The notes beneath the pieces are model-generated. The model had not been told where the DNA came from. It did no database searches and worked only from the letters and a program-made list of their open reading frames with translations. Shown piece by piece: positions 1 through 12,234 of a DNA stretch of 64,000 nt (its first letter is position 1; every line of letters starts with the position of its first letter). The position numbers and the translations under genes are program-made. The stretch lies in assembly GCF_052425735.1 (NCBI RefSeq), contig NC_135764.1, positions 18,786,001-18,850,000 on the forward strand, in the 5' to 3' direction. This stretch comes from Oculina patagonica. Lineage: Eukaryota.

Positions 1-431
1 GAAGATACTCCATTGAACATCCGGGCACTTATCTTGATCACTGCTCCACGACCACTGAGATGCCGAGCTCGCTCCAGACCCCGCGCTCAGATGTGGAGAC
101 AGACATCCTGGAGAGCTTTACACTGCCGTATGATGGGAAAGAAGGTTACACTGTTTTAGACCGAGATACCGAGAGCTTCTGTGTGAGCATTGACTTTGGT
201 ACGGAGTCTGAAGAGCCATTTGTGTTTCCTGTTACCATGGCAGCAGCGAATAACATCGATAGAAAAGTAGCCAGGAAAAAGAAGACGCATGCGCGGAGGA
301 AAGAGCCCCGGGTATTTCGTTCTTCGTCAGAATCTAAACGTTCTCAGGTGTCCCTTCCCGCGAAATTTGGATCCCGTAACCACTCGAAAGGAGGCAGTGT
401 CCGTGAAGTGATATCAGATACCCGGCTGTAA
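1..431 (+). CDS. 3' end (probable last exon) of an unidentified gene entering from the left; low-complexity acidic then basic tail
   Basis: The frame of ORF 60..431 stays open back to the window edge (AGA TAC TCC ATT... from position 3). Stop TAA at 429-431 is followed by AT-rich UTR-like DNA. No recognisable domain. Confidence 0.5.
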   Translation, partial: RYSIEHPGTYLDHCSTTTEMPSSLQTPRSDVETDILESFTLPYDGKEGYTVLDRDTESFCVSIDFGTESEEPFVFPVTMAAANNIDRKVARKKKTHARRKEPRVFRSSSESKRSQVSLPAKFGSRNHSKGGSVREVISDTRL

Positions 432-991
432 AACTTGCTCTGGAAATTTTAATGATTTAAATCTAAAACAACAGCAAGGACGTATTCCGCCATGAAAAAG
501 GGAAGATGTTGTCGGTCTCTGTTCATACTTGTCAATTAGTAAAACACAATGTTAATAGTTAAAATCATGTTTCATTTACCAAACAGTGTGTTTATGCTTT
601 TAGTGAAACTAGTATTCTTGATCATTAGTCAGACAACAATAAAGGACAAAAAGGGATTTTATTAACGTTGCTAAGATTTTAAAGACAAACTGATAAAACT
701 CTCTAACAAAAGTCTTAAAGTTTTTTTTAATTCTTTTTCGCTATACAATGGACTATCAATTACAAGTAAAAGTGAAAACACATTCGTTCCTTCTTTCCCA
801 AAAAGTTCCCCAGAAATTCAGTGAAAAATAATAACAGGAATGGAAACAGTTTTTGTTTACTTTTATGCGTGCGCCGAATTTTATTATCACCAAATAAACT
901 AAAGGACAACAATAACAAAAAAAACCCCCAAGATTTAGGGGGCTAGAGGAAAGCTGTTTTCTCCTTGTAACTAATTATAAATGTTTGCTTA

Positions 992-1215
992 GGGACGGAC
1001 CATTATTGTTTTGGAGGGAAGGGGTAGGAAAAATATTGAAAAAAAAGTTTGCAGGGCCTAGAAGGACAAGATAAATTGTTTGCTGTCACGACATGTATAA
1101 CAAAACATAGGTTGAATTTCGAACAAAAATGTTTGCATGAGGTGCATACACTAAAAAGAAGTTTGCAGAGGAACATTTTTCATATCCCCCCTCCAAGAAA
1201 ATAATGGTCCGTCCC
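992..1215. mobile_element. MITE, PIF/Harbinger-like
   Basis: TIRs gggacggaccattatt / aataatggtccgtccc, with TTA on both sides. Confidence 0.7.
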
Positions 1216-1605
1216 TTACAACACTTTGTTCTTTCATCTAATCACCGCCGGCCACTAATAATAGAGTAAAGATGTATTGTTTGCTTTTTTTCATTAATTG
1301 GAATATCAGTGTTTGGCCACCTTGGTTTGCTTGAGCTTTTGAAGCTTATCAATTGACACAGTTCAATAACACATGATGAAAATTTCTCATAAACTTACTT
1401 TTTAGTGGTTTATTGCAGTTTATCGCGATTCTAGCGCAAATCATAATGTAAAAACAGCCATCACAAAAGATACATTTTCAAGGTAGCATCAATACAACAG
1501 GTATTTAAACCTAACAATCTTGCCCCTTTAAAATGGAATCCCAAACAATGAACTTTTTCAAGTAAAGTCGTAAATTGCTCAGTTATAATCAATTGTATTG
1601 TAAAT

Positions 1606-4600
1606 TCACTTTAAAGCTTCCACTTTAAACTCGATACACGGATAGCAAAATGGTCCAACATTCTCTACCGGTACACTGTCATCATCTCCCGTCACTTTTG
1701 TCTCCAAGGCAACCGTACAATTTCTCAGCAACACTACCAGTAAAACCTTCATGAAGGTGTCAGCCACGCGGTATCCCATGCACCTTCGCGGGCCAATACC
1801 AAAGCGACACAAACTTTTACGCATGCTCGGTGTTTCTTCGTCGAATCGTCGAGGATTGAAAGTTTCGGTATCGCCCCAGACTCCTGTGTTACTGTTCACT
1901 GCACTGTTGTCAACTGATACTTCAACCTGAAGGGAAGAAAGTTAGAACATACAACTTGTAAGTCTAATGCAAGGGAAAACACCATAGTTTTATCTTACCA
2001 GCAAAAGCAACCGTGTTTACCGTATCTACTGGAATAAGCGCCGCGGCGCTTATTAAATTTTTCGCTCCTCAAGTGCGGCGCTTATTTGAGGGCGGCGCTT
2101 ATTTAAAATTTGGACGCCACAAAGAATTTAACAGAAGTTAAAAATAGCGTCTTTTGATTGTCAGTATTTGTCTCTTGCTAAAGAGGGAAGTGGCGCTAGC
2201 TGTCCTGGCAAAGTTCGCGGCCTTCGCAACATTTACAGAACTACGTATTATAAGAACGTTGGATAGAAAAACTAATGGGCGAGCGGTAAAACTTATCACA
2301 TTTAACTGCAAGACATCGCTTTTGGTGGAAAAAAATGTCCAATTTTGTTTTAGAGTTGCCCTGTTGTGCTGTTTTTTCGACTATTTTGCTTGTTTACAAG
2401 CAAAAGTAGGAGATTAGGAGTGGTGTGGGCAAAATTTGGAACTCTCAAGGGACTTTTTTAATTTCTCAAGGGACTGTTTTAATTTCTCAAGGGATTTCTT
2501 TCCGCTCAGTGGGCGATGAAAGGGTCTCTTATTATTACTGCGTCAACACTTGCAAGCTCGTGTTAAAGACGTGACTTGTCACATATTCCGGTGTAGGTGA
2601 TGAAAGGGTCTCTCATTAGTATTGCGTCAACACTTGCGGGTTCAAATTGCGGCCTCGTGAAAAAGCATTAAAAACGCTAACAAAATTACAGAATTCAGAC
2701 TACTACAGAGAACCTTGAAAGAAACTTTGTTTAGAATTTATTTTTAGTTTGGATGAAGTCAAGAAATGTGTTGACAAGCGGCAGAGTATCGAAATTTTTC
2801 GCACCGTGCTGTACTGCACGGCAGAAATAATTATCCACATGTTCATGTTGAAAGCGAAGTTTTAATTTGAGCAGCCGGCTTTTGAAGTCAATTGTACACT
2901 AAATGGATTTACCGATCGTTCAAAAAATTACATCCAAGTTCATAGCAATAACAGTACATTACCATTTCGTTCTCAAAAGACTTGAGAAGCCGCAATTGGT
3001 CCTTGTTTAACTCCGTGATTTGAATTCAAAACGCATTTGTAAGCACCATTACACCATATCTTCGCGGCGGTGGAAGGAAAGATAAATCCTTCATCAACAA
3101 GGTTTCAGCACTCTGTACTCCATGGTTTTCCGTTTTAAGGCCACTTTAAAATTCTATAGTGTTTCTCCTTTCCGTTTTAAGTCCCAAATATGGTTTTTTT
3201 TCTTGTTCAGAATCAAAACAAGGCCTTGGAAGTTTGTAAATACAACCCGCGCGGCTCTACGATTTCCTTGTACGATTTCAATGCACGGAATAATACGAAA
3301 AACCTTCTTCTAGGACCCCAAGAGTTCTCTAAAAATATGCGCAGAAAACAGATTTTGATTGGTTTATTTGCCGTTATTATCTATAGAACAATACAAGAAC
3401 CAAAAAAACTCCAGGGAGGGTGGGAAAGGGCATATTCCGCTGTAGGTGATGAAAGGGTCTCTCATTAGTATTGCGTAAACACTTGCGGGTTCAAATTGCG
3501 GCGGCGTGGATTGAAGATTACTGTAATTTTTGCATACGCAAGCCAAATCGGTCATAAACTGTTTAAAAACGTTTTGTTCTTTGTATTAAAAGGAAAGTTC
3601 TTGGAGAGTGCGTTTTATCCAGTAGTACCAAGTTATCAGTACAAAGATACGCACGTTAATGCTTTAGTTTGGCAAGAGTGAAGTTAATGAAATAACATAA
3701 ACGGATACAAATTCCAGTGGTTTTTAACTGTTGCGGAGTGGAGTGGTTTTCAACGGTTTACGAAGTTTAAAGGAGCAATAGAGCTCTATCTACTGCTCAA
3801 TAAATTTGTTTTCAATAGCACTGAACTTGACAGTTGTCATAAACTTTTCTTCACCGTTGGAAGAATTCACTCTGGAAAAGAGACAGATGTTCAGTGGAGC
3901 AAGAGAGTTACCTTGAGTGCTAAGTGAGTACAATCTTGCGTTGATGTTGTTTGTATGAATGTGTCATGTGGTACAGATGTTTTATCGATAAAGTTATCGC
4001 TACATGGTTTCGCTTTTAGTCTTGGAATTTGAAGTATTTCCGCACTGCGGATGGTAAGCGAGTGGGGAAACGTCAACGCAGTTGCAGTATCTGGCAATTC
4101 TCATTTATGCTCGTGATTTTTGCCATCAGTAACTGGTTAACTCATTTGCCATCGTTTGCCAAAACGTACAATTTTTAAAGTGCTACGCTTTTCGTTCTTT
4201 TTTTTCTCTCACTTCTGTTATGTTCAATTTTTTTTAACACGTGTTTTCTTTTGTTCTGCCGTGTTTATTTATAGCCGTTTACGCTATTCCGTTGTCTTAG
4301 TTGTTATCAATGCTGACACACCCCTTGACACACCAGTTGAGATAAAATTCTCCCGTTATATGCTAAGCTGCGCTAAAGAAGTTTTTTTTCTTTTTAGAGA
4401 GATAAGCTACCACTTCCCTTATTCCATTTCTACGGTATGATACATTCTATGAATTTTTGGTATGGCAGTTTTAGTATTTAATCCTGAATTTCCTACTGTG
4501 CGATTAAGTAAGTCGCTAACAGGCTCGTTAGTATGTTTTCGTGAGCGATGCTTTTGAATTTACACAATGGACGCACAGCAAGATAAAACGAATTTCCGGT

Positions 4601-7600
4601 AATTGTTTGAGTACATAGGTGGTGGAAAACACGGATCCTGCTTCCCAAAATCCGTAACCGGGTTTACATTACGTTTTTGACGTAGGGTATAAGCAAGCCC
4701 GACAGTTTATAAATTTCAGTTAGAAACTAAACAGATGAAGTCTTCTTTTTAAGTTATCACCCAAGATTTTATTCTTTCTTATAATTTGAAACAGATTTTT
4801 GGTCTAATTAATTAGACCGTAAATCGCCAAAATTATTTTAATTCGCGTTACTTGCGTTCTCCTCCAAATTTGGTATACAGGAAGTGAATTTTATCCGCCA
4901 ATTACCTAGTGATTCCGGCCAAGAAACTTTAATGTGCCTTACATGACGATTTTTGCAGAAGTTATTCCTTCAGCAATATGGCGGTTTCGGCCCCCCCAAA
5001 TAATCATTACCTTAAATTGACGTATTTTTAATTGAAATGGTTCTTTGTTTTGGTAGCTGTTGTTGCCACTTTTTAAAATGTTTCACACTTCTGCGTTTTA
5101 CAAAATTCACACATACTGCGTTTTAAGAAAATACGTCAATGCGCATTTTACAATGTTCCTCCCATCAACCGTACCGTTCCACCGTTCCTACATTCCTCAT
5201 AATAAACTAACCAGAATATCCAGGACAACACAAATTTACATATTTCAACACTTGCACTCCTAAACAAAGTGAAAAGCCTAATTCACCCTTTAAAAAGAAC
5301 TACTCCATACCACAATTGACTGCCAACAGATAAACCATAGCAAAATAGTCGTAGTCTCACAGAGACCTTTGATTAGTTGAACGCAATTCCTCGAATAAAC
5401 GCCGCATCGGGACTGCGGCGCTTATTCGGGGGCGGCGCTTATTAACTTTTTTGTCCCAAATGCGGCGCTTATTTGAGGGCGGCGCTTATTCGAGTAAATA
5501 CGGTATGTTGGATACTCAAATAAATCAACTGAATTTGGTACAAAGGAAAGGAACTTAAACAAAACTTGAATTATTCTCTAGATTCTTTGAGCACTCATTA
5601 CCAGTCCTGGTTAGAACTACTAATTTACACAACAAGCCAAAGGTTCTTACCCCTGGGGGACTGTGAAAATTCCCGATTACCATTGGACAAGTAACATATT
5701 CCGGGGTACTGATCACCATCACGGGTCGTTTTCTGGCCGATTCCTTTACCACCTTACCCAGGAAATCCATTCTGTTGAGAGCGTCTAAACTCAAAGGTCC
5801 TGAAAGCTAAAGGAAAGTGGCATGCATTATTAGATTTTAAACGCAGTTTTATCGTACAGGGATAAAATAAATCAATGCGTCAGCTGGGCTAAAAACGATA
5901 ATACTTACAGCCTAAATACCGTACTAGATCTAAACAGAGAACGTACTTGATTCAGTTGATTGCCGCGTGCTGAAAGTTGAAACTATTTCTAATAAACTTG
6001 CATAATACGGTCACCCTTTTAACTAATGTGGCCACTTTCTGTTACTCTTTTGGCAGCCGTATTGCTTTAAACTAGCATCTGTTGGTTGTTCGTGTGGAAT
6101 AAAGCAGATACAAAACAATATTGTGTTTTCAGGAACTAGGTTTAGGAAAGCTCAGATTTCAACGACAAACCCTATTTCATAGGCTCGATTTACAGTCGCT
6201 TTTCGGGAGGAAAAGGCGGCGGAAATCAGTGATTACATCTAGTCCGCCTTATATGCGGGGGGCCGAGGTTCAATACCTCGCCGGGTAACCTCACATAGTA
6301 TATCTCGATATTAGACAATTACTCACTTTATACAACAGTTCTTTGTAGTTACCCTATGTCAGATCACCTGGGTTACCAACAATTACAATAATCCCAGTAG
6401 AATCTCCTTGGATTTTTAGCTATAATAGCGAACTACTTACTGGTGAAGTCGAGTCCTTGATCTCAGCTGTTAGTTCCTTCTGAACGTCTTGATGAAGAGC
6501 CACGTGAAACAGAAGCCAGGCTGTGGCACCGCACGTGATATCTACATTAGCAAGTGACGCTTCTTCCAGGGTTTCTTGAAACTAGAAATGAACAAAATGC
6601 CTCTTAGATGCCATTAAACTAAACTAGAAACAGGGTGAGATTCATACTAGCAATACAACAATGTTGGACTTAGCTAGGAAGGTGGGTGGAGTTAGTAAAA
6701 AGATTTGGCCTGGCTTGGATTGAAATTGATGAAATGCTGAGATGAAAGTCTCCTACGACCTAAAATAGCTGACATTCACACGTAACTACCTCTTCTTGTG
6801 ATACAACTCCAGGATTTTTAACAAGAGTTTGTTGGATCTTGTAAAAAGCACAGCTCGTGTCTTGCATCTTCCCCGCTGTAAACCGCTCTTCAAAACTAAG
6901 GATAATAAGAGACTGGGTTAGAGCGGTGGAGATCATAACAATATTAGAAACCAAAGCAAATACAAACTTAATCGTTTTATACCAAAATGTTGTATGAGAT
7001 CGATGATAAGTGAAGGAATAGTGAAGTAGAGGTAGAACAAGGCGGAATATTATTGGTCTTGTATTTCATTCCGTTGGCTGAAAACACGATATCAATACCC
7101 TGGGTGATGTTTAGAGGCAAAAACGTATATCCGTCATTACTTATCTTCAAAAATTATATAAAAAACTGCCTTTGAGCCTTTGAGGTTATAGCGAGGTGAT
7201 CACGGCTGTTTGCTCGTGATCAACTACGTTATTGCATTATTCAACATGCAGCAACAAACTTCAGAATAAAGATAGAAATACAAGAAAAAAGATACAAAGG
7301 ATTTGCTTACCATTTATTGAACTGCAGCCACCTTCTTTCAAACTCCGCCAATCTCTTGTTTGTGTTGGTAGGTAAGTATTTGTAAAATGGGAATTTAACA
7401 AGAGGGTTTGTGAAGGTATCGGCGATAAGAGTTCCTACCAGCGCTCTTAGATCAATCAACTCTTGTAGCTCCTCTTCAGTAACATCTCTGCCGTATGTGA
7501 ACTTCATTAGCATTCTAAACGTCAGGAGAATCAGATCATCCATGGTAATGACACCCTGAAATGAAAGAGTATTAAAGCAATGTCTAAGCGAACGATCGGT

Positions 7601-10600
7601 CGCCTTTGGATTACATGAGAGATCAAGTTATTTTGCTAGAGCACTATGTTCCAACATTAAATCAGCCAACCAGCCAACCCTTCTGTCTGCCCGTCCATCA
7701 ATCATTCATTCAGTCAGTCAGCCCACCGGCCAGGCAGCTAGCCAGCCAGTCAGTCAGCCAGCNNNNNNNNNNNNNNNNNNNNNNNNNNNNNNNNNNNNNN
7801 NNNNNNNNNNNNNNNNNNNNNNNNNNNNNNNNNNNNNNNNNNNNNNNNNNNNNNNNNNNNNNNNNNNNNNNNNNNNNNNNNNNNNNNNNNNNNTATGTTC
7901 TCACATTTCTAAGGTTGATGTAAGGTACATATATTTAAGTGAGAACGAGAGGATTAAGTACCTACTTAGAGCTGACAATGAACATACATCAAAAGTAGTA
8001 GGTAAATATATACATTCAATGTTTCAAAAAAGGAAAGAGCTTCTTAACTTACAAGCACAATGAACATTATAATTTTTTAATTTTTACATATATTGACATT
8101 ATGAATTGTATAAGAATCAAATATTTGTTATTTCTTAAATGTATTAGTAAATGCTAAAACCTTTGTTGTAAACAGACCAATACCTCCCTTTGGAGAGTAA
8201 GGCGCAATAAAGATATACTATTACTATTACTATTAATCAGTCAGTCAGTCAGTCAGTCAGACAGACAGTCAGTCAGTCAGTCAGTCAGTCAGTCATCGAT
8301 CAGTCAAAATACTATAAAGCATTTGCATGTAGCTTGTATACAAGTTCCTGATCAGTTACTGATACCTTTTTCTCTTCCACGATTAGTCGTAAGTACTGTT
8401 TACATTCCTGTTCCATCATATCCACAGTCCGTGTCACGCTCTCTGTACTGTAACACCCATCAAAGGTACTGCGTATGCGCTTGTGTGCGTCACCGCTGGC
8501 CGTGCCAGCTGCCTTACCAAACAGCTGACGAAACACACTGCCGAGTCGGAAGTCCTTCAGTCTCTCATACTTGTGTTGTTTGGACATAAACTTGACAGCG
8601 ATTTGTGGATCGGAGATTATGCTGTTGAAAACAATAATAATAAAAAAACACACATAAATGCTACTCAATTTCTTTGCTGAATGAACTGTTACTGACACCG
8701 ATGTCATCTTTCATCGCTCGATTTTCTTCAACCTCAACAACTACAGAAACAACAACAACAACAGCAATAAGACCAATTACAGACTTTCAGCGGGCATGCA
8801 AAACATCACAAAGTCACTTTTTTGTCATTAGGTGATACAATATATATTCGCAGCGTTCCCTGACATTACACAAAACACAGTGGCAAATTCCGGCAAAAAT
8901 TGTCGTAAAACTCATGATGTAGCATTTCGTTTGGCATAACACGTTGTAACTATTTTTTAGCTTCGTCGTAAAAAGAAAGGCTCTTTCCTCCTCTACCTTT
9001 TCATATTAGCTGAGGTTGCCGAAGAAGGTCACAGAAAAAATTGGCAAAATTCAAAATGCTCTTAGACTGCGGGGTACGTGGAGAAATTGCAGAATTCGCG
9101 AGCACATTCCCTGCGGCTACGTGATTCCCACGCCTCGCGAGCACATTCCCTGCGGCTACGTGATTCCCACGCCTCGCGAGCACATTCCCTGCGGCTACGT
9201 GATTCCCACGCCTCGCGAGCACATTCCCTGCGGCTGCGTGATTCCCACGCCTCGCGAGCACATTCCCTGCGGCTACGTGATTCCCACGCCTCGCGAGCAC
9301 ATTCCCTGCGGCTGCGTGATTCCCATGCCTCGCGAGCACATTCCCTGCGGCTACGTGATTCCCACGCCTCGCGAGCACATTCCCTGCGGCTACGTGATTC
9401 CCACGCCTCGCGATTTCTCTGCTTGCGATTTTCTGGCACGATTTTTTTCGTGGGAACACAAATCACGCCCGACCAATGGAAAAAAAAAACGAAAAAAAAA
9501 AAGCCTTCGTGTACATTACGTATAAATTCTAACTGAAAATAGGAAAATTAACAAAGCAAACATTACCAAGCCAAGTAAACATTACTTTGTACTTACAGTT
9601 TTGGAGGACCGGGTAAAAATCGGAGCAAGTACATTCCGAATTTCTTCAAGCTGTCATCTTTCATTGCGATTAATGTTGGTGAAAACGTTTTAAATCCAGT
9701 TCCTTTAATTACTTCACCAGAATCATTTTTCCAGAAGTAAACCTGAAAGTAAGAATTACAAAACGTAATATAAAACCATCTTCGTTTCTTTTTCGGTGCA
9801 TAAATCGGGGAAGTCCTTAGATTTCTTAGACTATAACCGACCCGATTTTTGTAAAATAGATAAATAAATAACCTTTATTTAGACACGGTGAGGATTAGAG
9901 CTAAAAGCTTGTGGGGTCGTGTCTACCCGATCGAATTGGAATTTGGAAGTCTAATATTTAATTAAAATATATTTAAATATTTCTCACGAAATATTCAGCA
10001 CACTTGCCCCGGGGTGGGATAAAAACAGAAGGCAAATGCCCCACTTTCGGGCTCATCGTGCAAAGAAAACTGCTCAAGACTCACAAGGGGGTCAAATGTC
10101 CCCGTGGGTAGGCAAATGCCCAGCCCCATAATCTCCTTCGCAGTCGTTGTTTCGGAAGCGTTGCGTGACATCCCCCCAACACACAAAAAGCCTGCGAGCA
10201 ATACCCCAGGGCAGCAATAAAATGAGACACTCCCCCGGGATTAATCGGAGAGCAAATTCCCGGCTTATGCCAGTGGGGGTGGGGGGGGGGAGTTGATAGG
10301 CAGCGCCATAAGTTATAATTTTTAAATATTTCTATGTCGTATCGCTCTTGAAGAGCACGGTACCGAATAATTAATGCGGTATCCAGGTTAGTTCACTCTT
10401 TTCTGCCCAGATAACGGAGATCTTTATACTAATTGGGTCGTGAATCAAATTATCCATTCGCACGAATCGAACTTGCACCTGGGTCACTGTTGTCACTAAA
10501 GAGATCCAGGGAAGAGATGCAGAACTTTTCGGATAGACAACACTGCCTTTCGACTCGAGCTCGTTATTAACATTATCCATTTGACGAATCGATCGAATTG

Positions 10601-10832
10601 GCAGGCACTGCTTTCACGGTAGTCGGAAATGAGATGCAATTTTCCGATCGACAACGAATAGAAATTTCTCTTTTCGGGTCGAATCCAGTGGACAGAATGC
10701 CATGGTGAATGACGCCAAGTTCAAACTCTCTAAGCGAAATACAGTTACACCTACCTCTGATATTTGTTTGTAAATCCACAATAATGAAACTAACAAGATA
10801 GTTAGGACAGCGAGGACAAGGCTAACAATCAT
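1606..10832 (-). CDS. Cytochrome P450, ~482 aa, 8 exons (10832-10755, 9742-9597, 8621-8366, 7555-7311, 6895-6790, 6581-6441, 5806-5651, 1926-1606); membrane-anchored, GliC-like by motif recall
   Basis: All introns are GT-AG and the phases are consistent (1449 nt total). N-terminal anchor MIVSLVLAVLTILLVSLLWIY, I-helix ETLEEASLANVDITCG, K-helix ESAR, PERF-like FNPRRF, heme motif FGIGPRRCMG (1774-1803). Confidence 0.93.
2020..5503. mobile_element. Non-autonomous Tc1/mariner/pogo-type DNA transposon (~3.5 kb) in the last P450 intron
   Basis: TA|ccgtatctactggaataagcgcc at the left end and ggcgcttattcgagtaaatacgg|TA at the right. Repeated subterminal gcggcgcttatt motifs. No transposase ORF seen. 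Confidence 0.8.
7700..8305. repeat. (TCAG/CCAG)n microsatellites and an assembly gap (N run 7763-7893) in P450 intron 3
   Basis: Seen directly at about 7700-7762 and 8237-8305. Confidence 0.9.
9096..9413. repeat. 39-bp minisatellite, 8 near-identical copies, in P450 intron 2
   Basis: Unit tcgcgagcacattccctgcggctacgtgattcccacgcc in head-to-tail tandem, with no spacers. Confidence 0.95.
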
Positions 10833-12234
10833 CGTGAAGACGGTTGATCAATTGCAACACTGAAGCCTGAGCGCTTATCGAAACTGAAGTTGAGAAATGT
10901 CACGCGAAGCCGGGTTTTGTTAGTTACTGCCGGGTTTTCCCCGAAATCACGTGGATACGAGAATGGGTCAACACTATATATATTTTGATATTCACTGGTT
11001 TGGTAATTTTCCCTCGATCTAAAATTCTCCTGTTAACGCACTAGGGTGCATTTCATGTGACTTTGTTGACGTCAATACAAGTACAAGGACTCAAGATCAA
11101 CTGACCTTTGAGAGTATTTCAAACCGGAAGTTCACATCCATATGTCGAAACCTCTGGTCACCCCTACTTTGCGGCGCTCTATTGCGCTAGTACGCCAAAC
11201 ATTATTACACATGGCTTGACAGATTTAGTAGACATTGCAGCTGCGATGAAAATAATAAGCCATATGAGTGTAATCGCTGGATATATAGCTCTGTCTCTTG
11301 GTTCATGTATTTGCATGCTTGATAAATTTTCTCAGTTGAAAACCAACTCTCCTCCAGAGGTTTCATGTGACTTGTTGACGTCAAAACATGCAAAATTTCC
11401 CGGATTCCCCGAAATCATAGATTGACGTAAATCACAACAGTTTCGTAAAACATTTTTTTTCCTTTTTTATGCGTTGTTGTAAATGCCCCCCCCCCCGGGG
11501 GGGTACTCCCCCAAAATACCTATACGGGTATGTGCTGCCCAACGGGGTCGTGATTTTGGGTTCCTGATCCGTTTTAGAGACGATGCCTAGAACGGGGTAT
11601 GATATTTCGAACGCACGAAAGTTTCAAATTATCAGCAGCAAAATTGACCTATTTCTTGGACGGGGTACATTTCGAATGCAAGTTCTCAAGTTGTTAACTT
11701 TGGAGACCCGGGCGGCACATACCTACCCAAAACATACCTGAGTACCCCCCACCGGGGGTGTAAATGCTTACAAAAGATTGATTCAATTGCGGTGGTTCAA
11801 CCCGGTTTAGCAAAGAACCAAGCGTCGTGTAAAGAGGAACTTTAATTTAAAATTTTAAAAATCGTTTGGCACATAATTTCATTGCAGTTCAATTGGGAAT
11901 TTCAACTAAGCGGAAAAATGAAAATGAAATTTAAGTTGCAGATAATTGGTTCTACCGGTGGTTCTTGGAATAAACTAATGCATGTGATCGATTTTGTAAA
12001 ATTGATGCTAAATGTGTCGACACGTCACCTGATAAGATTAGTTCCGGGAGATTGTAACCTACTTCGTTCCGCTTCGTTCCAGCGGAGCCGTAGCTGTTGA
12101 TTGGCCAATTCTCGCGTGGTAGGCGACATAAAAGCGGTCCCCAGTAGAACATTTGCATTTCAGCTGTACAGCGCTATCTCGAAACCCTTTGCACGCAAGT
12201 GTGTTACGCCAGGAGCTGAGCTTTTGCAGTCACA
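10833..12234. promoter_or_regulatory. Shared divergent promoter region of P450 and CDPS, with a duplicated TTTCATGTGACTT(T)GTTGACGTCAA element
   Basis: Head-to-head start codons 1.4 kb apart. Element at 11051-11075 and 11361-11384 (M-box/E-box plus CRE). kB-like sites at 10932-10942 and 11401-11410. Confidence 0.5.
11487..11758. mobile_element. MITE, MULE-like, 9-bp TSD
   Basis: Termini cccc..ggggggtactc / gagtaccccccaccggggg, flanked by the direct repeat tgtaaatgc (11478-11486 and 11759-11767). Confidence 0.7.

Noticed and set aside
6327-6353. Possible 27-nt micro-exon (GNYKELLYK) in the P450
   Set aside because: It has AG/GT flanks and is in frame, but the acceptor is weak and the flanking exons join correctly without it. 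RNA evidence would be needed.
9001-9536. Repetitive ORFs, or a CRISPR-like array
   Set aside because: Pure tandem 39-mer with no unique spacers. It lies in a P450 intron and the ORFs are by-products of the repeat.
10371-10779. Short minus-strand ORFs after P450 exon 1
   Set aside because: Intronic. Exon 1 ends at a clear GT donor (10754) and splices in frame to 9742.
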